This document shows, piece after piece, positions 8,917 through 18,200 of a stretch of 64,000 bases of DNA. The stretch's first letter is position 1, and each line of letters begins with the position of its first letter. The translations under genes and the position numbers were made by a program. Origin of the DNA: a virus. The notes under the pieces were generated by a model. That model had not been told where the DNA came from. It ran no database searches and worked only from the letters and a program-made list of their open reading frames with translations. The DNA is taken from positions 7,704-71,703 of the IMG/VR virus record IMGVR_UViG_3300027746_000020. One strand, 5' to 3'.

Positions 8917-10980
8917 CTACGGGATTGTAGATATGTATTTAGTCCATGTTCCGGGCAGGCTGCTTATTGCCGGAGTCCATGTAGGTTTAGAGAAGATGAG
9001 ATCTGTCGTCGACACAGTCACATTTACTGCTGCTGACGGAGGGTTCGTGGAGAGAAGGTCATCGATTAGAGCACCTTGGGCTCGGGCCCACCCTACTTTG
9101 GTGTAGCTGGGAGAAGGTAGCTGAATCTCTCCTGTGTACCCACCTGCAGGTAAAAATATCTGACTTGTAATTTCAAATCTATCTGTGTGGCAGAATACGG
9201 AGCGGTTCATACCAAAACTTATATCGCCTGCCCCAGGGGATGTAGCACCGTAAGAGACCCCAGTTTCATAGATTACACGAGAATAGTCAGAGTTGTACTG
9301 AGATGCAACTGCTGAAAGAGATGGCCCAGTTAAACTCAAAACATTCTTTGGAAAAATTGTGCTTTCATGCACAAAAACGACATTACCTGTGCTATCAGCT
9401 TTGACTACAGACTGCTTACTCATATTAGTGATATTCTTAAAAGCAGTTATTGAGTTAAAATCTGCACTGAACTCGACCGTGGTGCCACCAGCAGCATTCA
9501 TAAGAATCTTACCATTAGAAAGTTTAACTGCCTTGGGGTATCCATCTGCCCTTCTACGCGTAGTATCAAATCTCCGTACTACTGTGACAGAGTTGGTGAC
9601 TAAGTTGAGAGTAATGAGTGAGTATCTATCTGTATCAGAAGGATTACTCAATATAGGTGTGCCCATACCACACACCATGAAGACGTCTGCGCTGTAACTG
9701 ATACAAGAACTCCTGTAATAATTTGAAGGGACTGCGTTGTTAACCCTAAATACTCTAAGGACATCCCCGTTGTTTGCATCTAAAATGCAAAACGTCGGCG
9801 AGAAAAGCTGAACCACAAGTTTATTGTTAAAAGCGTCATACTTAACCTCAGTTAAAAGGACGATTGAAACCCCTGCAATAGCTGTCATTTGAGTCGTCCA
9901 TAATACGTCACCATCTCCTGTAATTTTCAGAATGGCAATACGACTTCCTCCAGAAAAGCCCACATACAAAGCTCGCCCACTATCGTCATAGTCTAAATAC
10001 AGTTCAGTATTAACTCCTGGTGTATGAGCAATAAATTTGTTCCACGCGAGATCTCCGTTACTGTACAGTTTTGTAATTGAAATTCCCGGTGTTCCGCCGT
10101 TAGAGGTTAGTATGGCATGGTAAATTGAACCGAATTGACTAATTCTAACTCGACCGCCCGCCCCTGAGTCGTTACCTGAATACTTAGTCGTCCAAGCATC
10201 TGGTACATAATCAGTATCTGGGTCTTTACCTATGTAATCGCAGTCAGCACAGCTTGAGGTGGGCTCCTCAATCGACACAGCTGCAGCAAAAGGTGTGTTT
10301 CCGCCTACGCTTCCAGTAACCTGTACGATGTTAGGTACTAAGGAAACCTTCATATCACCGTAACCCTTTATCCTTCCCTGCCACTTAGGAACCTCCGCGA
10401 AAAACCATTTGATATAACTCCCGCCTGTCAGCATGTACGTCGCAAGTTGTTGCGCGACGCCTGCGAGCACCGCATCGGGAATGATTAAGCTCCCGTATGT
10501 CCCATTAACAGAGTCCCACAACGCCATAATCGTCTCTGCCGTCGAGTCGGAGATATTGGTGTAGTCAAGTTGCAGAGAAGCTCCACCTTTTGAATCCGCC
10601 CACAAATGGTGCTCTATCTCTCCCGACTGTGCCGGGTGCTCAGTGACAACGTACCTAGGCGGTTTGAATTGAAGTGCGGTAGGCACGATCTCGGGGAAGA
10701 ACTTACTGCTTGTAATCGTCCCCCCGAGTGTGCTTCTCTCAAGGACAAGATTACGACTGGTATGGGTAAATGTTAGTTTAGAGAATCTTCCTACGCTAGG
10801 AACTCTCGCAAGACGCAGTTCTTCAGAGAGCAGGCTATACGATTTAACAGATACACGACCTTGGATAAAGACTCTTGAAATGACAAGATCCCTTGTGACC
10901 AAGTCGGAACCCATGAGGTACAGGGAACTACGGCCTATAACAAGATTTTGACTTGCGTGGGTGAAGGTATAAATTGCCAT
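8917..10980 (-). CDS. minor tail protein with probable beta-propeller-like receptor-binding region
   Basis: FPEIVPTALQFKPPRY domain followed by beta-rich repeats (KLYSNGDLAW, KITGDGDVLW, LDANNGDVL). Confidence 0.65.
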   Translation of the reverse strand: MAIYTFTHASQNLVIGRSSLYLMGSDLVTRDLVISRVFIQGRVSVKSYSLLSEELRLARVPSVGRFSKLTFTHTSRNLVLERSTLGGTITSSKFFPEIVPTALQFKPPRYVVTEHPAQSGEIEHHLWADSKGGASLQLDYTNISDSTAETIMALWDSVNGTYGSLIIPDAVLAGVAQQLATYMLTGGSYIKWFFAEVPKWQGRIKGYGDMKVSLVPNIVQVTGSVGGNTPFAAAVSIEEPTSSCADCDYIGKDPDTDYVPDAWTTKYSGNDSGAGGRVRISQFGSIYHAILTSNGGTPGISITKLYSNGDLAWNKFIAHTPGVNTELYLDYDDSGRALYVGFSGGSRIAILKITGDGDVLWTTQMTAIAGVSIVLLTEVKYDAFNNKLVVQLFSPTFCILDANNGDVLRVFRVNNAVPSNYYRSSCISYSADVFMVCGMGTPILSNPSDTDRYSLITLNLVTNSVTVVRRFDTTRRRADGYPKAVKLSNGKILMNAAGGTTVEFSADFNSITAFKNITNMSKQSVVKADSTGNVVFVHESTIFPKNVLSLTGPSLSAVASQYNSDYSRVIYETGVSYGATSPGAGDISFGMNRSVFCHTDRFEITSQIFLPAGGYTGEIQLPSPSYTKVGWARAQGALIDDLLSTNPPSAAVNVTVSTTDLIFSKPTWTPAISSLPGTWTKYISTIP

Positions 10981-10981
10981 A

Positions 10982-13900
10982 TTATCCTCGCTGTATCACC
11001 CAGTTCGCGTCAGTGACATACGTTGTCCAATTCTTCGTGATCATCGAATACCCTTCCGCATCTGTTGGATGAAAGGTGGCGGACACCTCTATATCACGGT
11101 TGCTATCAATCGACACTTCGTCTACTTTGTACGTCCGTGTCTGTGATGATGTCTTTTTCTTAAGAAATATGATACCTACCGGCGAAGCTCTACCGTCCGT
11201 GCCGACTGTCAGAGTGATCTCGCTAACAGTAGGGCTGACTCCATCCCAAGCTGTCACAGAATGGGTGCCGACAAATAGAAGATCCGGCCTAGTGGTGATA
11301 AGCGTACCGTCCCCTAGTACGACACCATTAGCAAACTCGTCGTAGTAAGTGTAGTCAAGCGCAACCCTGATGTAGGCGCCTGGATATAGACCTCCTAGGA
11401 TACCTGAAGGTCGAGTGCTAAACTTTATTTCGTGAGTAATTAAACGACGTAGGCGTATAATGTAGCAAAGTGCATCCACACACTGTTCAAAATTTGTGCA
11501 GTAGTCAGATAGGTCAAACGATTCGATAGGGTCAGATTCTGGTCGGTCGGCTTCTCTGACCCTTACCTCCCGTTCCACCGGGAAAACTCCACTGTTGCTG
11601 AATGAGGAGCGAGAACGTTCCTCTCTCCATTTCCCAGAAGCCTGAATTGGTTGTCGGTCCTCCTCAGAAATGAATGAGAGAGAGAAAGACCCAGTAACAA
11701 TGTTCCCTGCGGTGTAAAGGCCCGTGATAGGAGGCTTGCCGTCCTCGGGGAAAACAACGGCAGGCTCCATCGAAAGCTTTCCGTTTTTCTCTGTAATATC
11801 GATCAACATCGTGGCTCCTATGTCGGCGAGCCATTGGCGTAAGTTTGTCTTCTCCGCCAAGACTCCGTCGAAAAAGTAGCGCCGCTTCTTTAGCCAGGTC
11901 GCGGTGTTGCTAAAGCCAGTACGGTCGATCTGCAGTTCGCTCATGGACTGGCCCAGTCCTAGACGGGAGCTACGGGCTAGGTCGTAGGCAATGTCGGGGA
12001 GCAGGTTAGATGGGCCGAAAGCATTTGCATCGAGGAGGCGGCGTACCATCCGGCCTCCGGTGACTCGGACGGAAAATTGGGAGAATTGGCTCCATTCGGT
12101 GGCGGCGCGGAACACTCCACCAACAATGGCGAGAGAGTCGTATTGAGGTGTTGTAGCGTTTGAGGTTATGACATTGACATAGACAACTTCATGTTCGGGG
12201 CCTTGAGATACAGTCGTTTGCACCTCTTCATAGACGAAAGCCTCCGCAACTTTTCCCCAAGGGTCAAGCATGGAGTTTTCATCGGTCCAGTTATAGCCTA
12301 GGTCTTGTGACGGTTCCCAAGCATAAAGCTTAAAATTATCAGGTGTATTCGATATGATCGTACCCGACCATGTGACTAGATAACCGCCTAGGTTTAATGT
12401 CGTAGAGGACGTTATATTCCCATCGAGTACGATGAATGGAGCTGAGGCGTAGCCATTTCTAATCTCCCACCCAGTAAGAGGTTCAAGTCGTACTTCGGGT
12501 TCAATAGCTGTAGGTAATTCAATACGAATATAGTTGTACATCGCTTGAGAGCTTTGACTGCGAAAGCCGAAAGAGGCGGGCACAGATGTCCAACTGCCAC
12601 CTTCGCTGCGAATGTACATACGGTGAAAAGAAAAACGTTCGGCGGTATCGTTGACTACCCCTGACTGGAAATTAGTGACGTAAATTGGTTTATCCTGACT
12701 ATAGACCTTTTTGTTTTCTCTAAACCCAGCGTCATAGTTAATATCAGCCATCGGCTTGGCGTCTTTGAAATTACAAAGACCTCCAGCTTTAATGCCTACA
12801 GTGGACTTGAAGCCTATTTCAAAACATTTAACCTGTTGGTTTATATGTATATTGGCAAGCGCACACCTAAATATCTGAGCAAAGTTTGTGGCGGACTTAT
12901 AGTTAGATCCGTTATTGAGGTTAGCCAGATTCAGCATTTGGTTTGTCGACTCTTTGCCCCATTCTGGAGGTTTAATGACTTTACCTGGATTATTTTCATC
13001 AATGTCGATTATCTGTGCAATACTAAGGCTACCCGCTCTTACTACTGTGAAAGTGTAATACATGGACGTTCCTCCTGAAGGAGGATTATTGTCAACTTCG
13101 CTGCGAAACACATCACCTTCTACTGATGTCGCAATCAATACTGCAAGACACGAACCTGCTTTGTATAGTTCACCTATAGTCAGCGCGTCTGCTGCGCTCA
13201 TTTGGCGACTAGCCACAGTGTTCGCAACATCCCCACAGTTTGCGTAAGCGTCTGGTGCCCCTACCGGATTATTCGTGTTGCCTGAATTAAAGCATATTCG
13301 TGTAGTCGCATCAGACGTACTGGAGAGAAGATAAGTAAATGTGTCTCCAACATTAAGCGCTGTAGATCCCGTGCTTGTGGAAATAATCCCACTACGCCCT
13401 GACCACCAGTATTTTGACTTCCACATCTCAGCGAGAGCTAGTGGATCGTCAATTATTTTTACAAGGTACGATTTACCATTATCTTGACTCTCGGTCGCTA
13501 TGTTAATAGTCGGCCTCATTCGCGGGTTGACACGGACTCCGAGGTTGTTTGGTATTAAGCTATAGACACCGAAACTTGTCTGCGTTGATGGTTTAGATGT
13601 GAAACATGAGTCAGGTAACCAAGCATTGCCTGTCGAACGGACACAGAAGACATCAGCACCTCCGGTGGTTTCAGCATTTCCAATATCAGTGGATGGCGAA
13701 CGACCCAATAAATAATTATCACTCTTTAACCGACCACCGTTGTCAGAGTAATACAGAGTTAGTCTACCTGCATCTTGCGCTGCAGCGGCAGAGCTTATGT
13801 CATAGCCACCTAAAGTATTGTCGCCTATGGCGAAGCTAGTCGGATCAATACAGGCAACCCGCCCTTCCCCGAGCATGAAGACTGCGCGTAGTACCTGACT

Positions 13901-14365
13901 TCCACCTGTACTAAGTAATTGGCTCCAGAGCAAGTCCATGTTGACTCTAACTCCGCCATAACGCCCTTCCGGCCTCGGGGGATTGCTTTGCGCTGCGAGG
14001 TAGCGCTGGTTGGCATAGATCACCGGGGTGGTAGTACCTAGAACAGCAGGACGCTGAACAGAGTCAAAACCTCGGCGAGGAGCAAACCGCTGGTTTCTGG
14101 TGATGGTGACTGGATCTTGGGTTTGAGTCCTGATCCCACCATTGCCTCCGGTGCTGGCCTTTGGCTTAAAGAAGCTGGCTGCAATAGTTAACCCTACGGA
14201 AATTATCGTTGAGATGATGGCTACGGTCTCCAAACCTGCCTGGGGTTTGGAAGGGTCGATCTTCACCTCACGGTTAATCTGCTCCTGGAACCACTCCATC
14301 TCTTCGGACGTCAGTCCGAGCATCTGCGCCAGGTAGTCGTGGCTGGGAAGCGGCCGGTAGCCCAT
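10982..14365 (-). CDS. tail tip / central fibre hub protein (lambda J-like position)
   Basis: 1127 aa; G...PVIY N-terminal motif; follows TMP, L-like and NlpC-like genes. Confidence 0.75.
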   Translation of the reverse strand: MGYRPLPSHDYLAQMLGLTSEEMEWFQEQINREVKIDPSKPQAGLETVAIISTIISVGLTIAASFFKPKASTGGNGGIRTQTQDPVTITRNQRFAPRRGFDSVQRPAVLGTTTPVIYANQRYLAAQSNPPRPEGRYGGVRVNMDLLWSQLLSTGGSQVLRAVFMLGEGRVACIDPTSFAIGDNTLGGYDISSAAAAQDAGRLTLYYSDNGGRLKSDNYLLGRSPSTDIGNAETTGGADVFCVRSTGNAWLPDSCFTSKPSTQTSFGVYSLIPNNLGVRVNPRMRPTINIATESQDNGKSYLVKIIDDPLALAEMWKSKYWWSGRSGIISTSTGSTALNVGDTFTYLLSSTSDATTRICFNSGNTNNPVGAPDAYANCGDVANTVASRQMSAADALTIGELYKAGSCLAVLIATSVEGDVFRSEVDNNPPSGGTSMYYTFTVVRAGSLSIAQIIDIDENNPGKVIKPPEWGKESTNQMLNLANLNNGSNYKSATNFAQIFRCALANIHINQQVKCFEIGFKSTVGIKAGGLCNFKDAKPMADINYDAGFRENKKVYSQDKPIYVTNFQSGVVNDTAERFSFHRMYIRSEGGSWTSVPASFGFRSQSSQAMYNYIRIELPTAIEPEVRLEPLTGWEIRNGYASAPFIVLDGNITSSTTLNLGGYLVTWSGTIISNTPDNFKLYAWEPSQDLGYNWTDENSMLDPWGKVAEAFVYEEVQTTVSQGPEHEVVYVNVITSNATTPQYDSLAIVGGVFRAATEWSQFSQFSVRVTGGRMVRRLLDANAFGPSNLLPDIAYDLARSSRLGLGQSMSELQIDRTGFSNTATWLKKRRYFFDGVLAEKTNLRQWLADIGATMLIDITEKNGKLSMEPAVVFPEDGKPPITGLYTAGNIVTGSFSLSFISEEDRQPIQASGKWREERSRSSFSNSGVFPVEREVRVREADRPESDPIESFDLSDYCTNFEQCVDALCYIIRLRRLITHEIKFSTRPSGILGGLYPGAYIRVALDYTYYDEFANGVVLGDGTLITTRPDLLFVGTHSVTAWDGVSPTVSEITLTVGTDGRASPVGIIFLKKKTSSQTRTYKVDEVSIDSNRDIEVSATFHPTDAEGYSMITKNWTTYVTDANWVIQRG

Positions 14366-14763
14366 CAGACGGGGATGTAATAACTAGGGTTGTGGAGTTT
14401 GTCGAGAGGAACGGTGGTCAAACCTTGGCGGTGGTGAACCCCGAGGAGTAGTCGATCGGGAACAACAACACCTATACCGAAGGAAATAGGGGTAATAAGC
14501 GGAACTAGAGACCAGAGTTCTTCTCTATGTGGAGCTTCGATGGTGACAAGTTGGAACGCTTCGTAGAGATCAGTCCAACGGCGTTGTCGTGCGAGGTCTT
14601 CCCAGTGAGGTTCAATATCTGGAGGATTCAATCCTAGATCGGTCATCATAATATGAGCCATCTTCAGACAACAACACGCTTCCCCTTCGCGGGGGTCGGC
14701 GCCTAATCGATGCGGGAGTCCCAGCCAGGAATGCCAGTCGGTGTAGTTGGATCGGGAGGCCAT
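14365..14763 (-). CDS. NlpC/P60-like tail tip assembly protein (lambda K-like)
   Basis: WLGLPHRLGADP..G.ACC pattern and synteny. Confidence 0.6.
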   Translation of the reverse strand: MASRSNYTDWHSWLGLPHRLGADPREGEACCCLKMAHIMMTDLGLNPPDIEPHWEDLARQRRWTDLYEAFQLVTIEAPHREELWSLVPLITPISFGIGVVVPDRLLLGVHHRQGLTTVPLDKLHNPSYYIPV

Positions 14764-14784
14764 AGGCCAGTCTATGACCGACGC

Positions 14785-15270
14785 TCAGGAGGAGATAATG
14801 TTACCGGAGGGAGGAAGATTACCTACGCGGAAGGACGAAAGGAAGCCTTTAGGGACTTGCTGAGATACTGCGTCGAGGGGATTTCTAAGGTTAATTGCGC
14901 ATTTTTCTTCGTCTTGTGGTCCGCCGCTACAGGCCCATATTTGTGTGAGTGCTGTTGTAGACTCGACTGGATCAACTCCTTCAGCAATAGTAATGATAAC
15001 TGTTTGTATTTCAATAAGCCAGCCGGAAAGGATGGCCTCGGTAAAGAGCGATACCGTTAAGTCATTAGGGATCGAGACAAGACCGCCAGAGGATGTGGCT
15101 CCGCCTCTTTTGGATGAGGTGCCGGAGACTCCGAAGGGGGCAAAGTTATAGTATTGTCCAGAGTAAAGTCTGGTTTTGTGGATGAAGTAGTTCTGGAACG
15201 CCCTTGCCGGGATGTAGTTACCAGATTTGTCTATAAAGCGGATGTATTCCGCGAAGCTAGATCGTATCAT
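14785..15270 (-). CDS. minor tail protein (lambda L-like position)
   Basis: Y.FAPFG and L.NPLDAV..QVP....VG.LP motifs; immediately after TMP. Confidence 0.6.
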   Translation of the reverse strand: MIRSSFAEYIRFIDKSGNYIPARAFQNYFIHKTRLYSGQYYNFAPFGVSGTSSKRGGATSSGGLVSIPNDLTVSLFTEAILSGWLIEIQTVIITIAEGVDPVESTTALTQIWACSGGPQDEEKCAINLRNPLDAVSQQVPKGFLSSFRVGNLPPSGNIISS

Positions 15271-18200
15271 TAGCCTAACCCCAGAGCTTTACGAATGCGT
15301 GGGTCACCGTGCATGCCGCTGTAGGCGAGGTCACGACCCTGATGTGCCGCTTGCCGCATCCCTTTTCTGAATTGCTCTTCAGTGACATAGTTGACGCTAC
15401 CGATAGTTTGAGCGTCATACTTGACATTGATGTCGCCACCGGAAAGGGTCATCGGGCTCGGGGAAGAGGGGGTTCCCATGGGGGTCAGGGCGGCACGGGT
15501 TTCCTGGAACATCCCAGCGGTGGCGTTTGCTGGGAGGATTGAGCCGGACCCGGAGGGGGAGAAAAGCTCAGGGCCGTTTTCACCGACGAGGTAGGAGCGA
15601 TTGGGGAGGACCGGGCCGCCGGAGGCGCGGGCACCGCCGAAGAGGCCGCCTGTGGAGAAGAGGCCACCGCCCAGCAGGCCCCCGATGCCGCCGAAGATCC
15701 CGGCCAGGCCGGTGAGGGTGTTGAAGGTGCCTCCCTTGCCCATCTGGGAGATGCCTCCGAAGATGGTGGCCGCGCCCGTAGCGAGACTGGTGATTCCCCC
15801 GAGGGTGGTCTGCAGACCGGATGCTGCCTGGGTGGCGGCTGGGGCGATCTCCTTGAGGTTCTTGGTAACGCTCGCCAGGGCAGTGGAGGTGTCCATTCCA
15901 GGCGCAGCGGCACCGAAGGCGGACTCGGGGGAGAAGCTAGAGAGGGTTGCTGGGAAGGAGGTTTGAACGCCGGATAGCGAACGAGGGCCGTTAACGATGT
16001 TGTTAACCGCTCCTGTAGCTGAACTGTAAAGCGCAGCCGTTAGATTATCCACTGCAGTGGAGACATTTGTAAGAGCCGTTGTATTAGCCACCATTGGGTC
16101 ATTTTTGACCCCGAGAAACTTAGAGAATACAGCATCCATTTGCTTTTCAAGCGGATTAAAGGCATATTCCGAGAACATGTCTAGGATCTTGCCGGTGAAG
16201 CCTTCGGTGAAGGACTTAACAGATTCACCTATGTCTCCGCCAGACAGGGCCGCTCTGAATATACCTTTGAATCCTGTGATGAAGGTGCTGGTCGCTTCGT
16301 GAGCCATGGCAAGTTTCTCGGCGACCTTTGCGGTCGCTCCTTCAAAATTACCAAGAGCGACTGCGCTTGAACGAAGTGCAGCAGCGTTTCTCTCAAATAA
16401 AAATGAAGTAGCCGGATCTTTAAGTTCTTGGCTTTTGCTAAGACGCTCTTGCTCAATCTGTAGATTGGTTGAAGAGAGTCGTGCTCCAACGTAGTCATTT
16501 TTGGCACGAAAGAGTGCCGATCTATCAGACTGCATTTGCAGCATGGACAGACTCTGCCTAGTAGTAGCTTGCTCTATATTGTCCTTAAGTTCAACAGCGT
16601 ATTTTTGAGCACGGGTCAGCACAACAAGCTCACGCTTTAAGTCGTATTCTTTTTCAAGATCTGCGAGGAACACCTCACGTCTTGCAGCTTCGTCCTTCTC
16701 TAATGCAGCAACTTCCTGAGCTGTGACTCCTTTGAGGTTCTTGTATTTCTGCAACCATATAAGTGTTTGTTCGTTAATCGCGGCTTTAGCCTTAGCCTCC
16801 TCCATGTCAATTTGATATATCTCAGGGTCGAAAGCTTTACCTGCTTCTTCTGATATTGTACGAAGGCTGATTTTAAGATTCTCTACTGAGTTATCGAGTT
16901 CCTTAAAATCTCTTTTGGGATATAGATTCTTCAGAATATCTGTGAACTGAGCTTTGCTATTTATGGTGTCGAGTCGGGCCTGTAGAGCAGCGAACTGAGT
17001 GTTTAACGCTTTTAGGGCATCAACTGCGTCTCGATACTCCCTGGTCTGAATTGCCGGGAGATTCTTCAGGTTCATCACAGGTTGAGATACGGTGAAGGCT
17101 GTTGGAACGGCGCTATTACCGCTGCCGAGGGCCTTCTCCATTGCAGCTCGCCTTGGGCCGGTTGCAGCCTCGGCACCGCCCTTCAAGGAGGTGAACAGGG
17201 CGTTACCTCCCTTACCGACGCGAGCCCCGCTGAGCATGAGTTCAGCGTTGTTAAAATCTCCTGCGTCGATGTATCCAGCAGCGACAGGGTTTAATGCACG
17301 AATGTATTTGGAGACAGCAGAGAACTGTTTGTTTTTGTCATCGGCGAGAAGGTTCGCCGCTTCCGCCGGAGTTAGTAAGCCCCTGGTTAAGGCGTCTGTG
17401 CGTGTAGAGTCTTTGAATTGAAAGCGCCCTAATGTCCCTGAACTCCGGTTAATTGCAGAGTTGTTGTCTGTGCTCTCTCCCATAGCTACCATAGACAGAA
17501 AGCGGAACATGTTAGAAGCGATACCGCCACCAGTCGAGGAGGCATTACCTTTAATCTTCAGACTATTAGCGACAGTATTGACAGGATCGACGAGCTTACC
17601 CATGACATCTACCAGCTTGTAATGGAGATGAGGGTCGTACCCTGGTGGTGGGTTGTTGATGGTCCCAATTTGCATGCCTGGAGAAACACGAGAACCTACT
17701 CTCATGTCACTCCCTAGTCGTATATGACCGTAGGTTCCGGTCTCCCCGCTATCGTACTTGACCACCGCAGCATCGCCATTACCGCCGAAGTTCTTAAGGA
17801 TATTGATGAGTGTTCCTGCAAGACGGGCGTTAACGCGAGAACCTGGAGCGGCCCCGATGTCCTGAGCCCCGTGGGCTTCGACTACGCCACCTGCGCGTGT
17901 ACGCGGGGAAGTGAAACCGCCACCATTGGCGGTTGGAGTTATCACGCCGCCGGGAAGGATATTTCCCTCACCGTTCTGCCCCCCAGCAGCGAGAACCGCA
18001 GCTTCGTTCTGCTTTTGAGCTAGAACGTAGTTTGCAACGTCCATTTCAAACTTACCAATCCTCTCTTTGATCGCGAGGATGCGTTCTTCCACAGAAAGTC
18101 TGTAATCAACGACGGATTTGTCAAGTGCCGCTGCTTGTACCTGAAGCTGACGCTTGGTGGCCTCAAGTGATAGTTCGGCTTTTTTCTTGGTCGATATGTA

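Noticed and set aside
3098-14365. Diversity-generating retroelement acting on tail fibres
   Set aside because: No reverse transcriptase and no TR/VR repeat pair seen in this window
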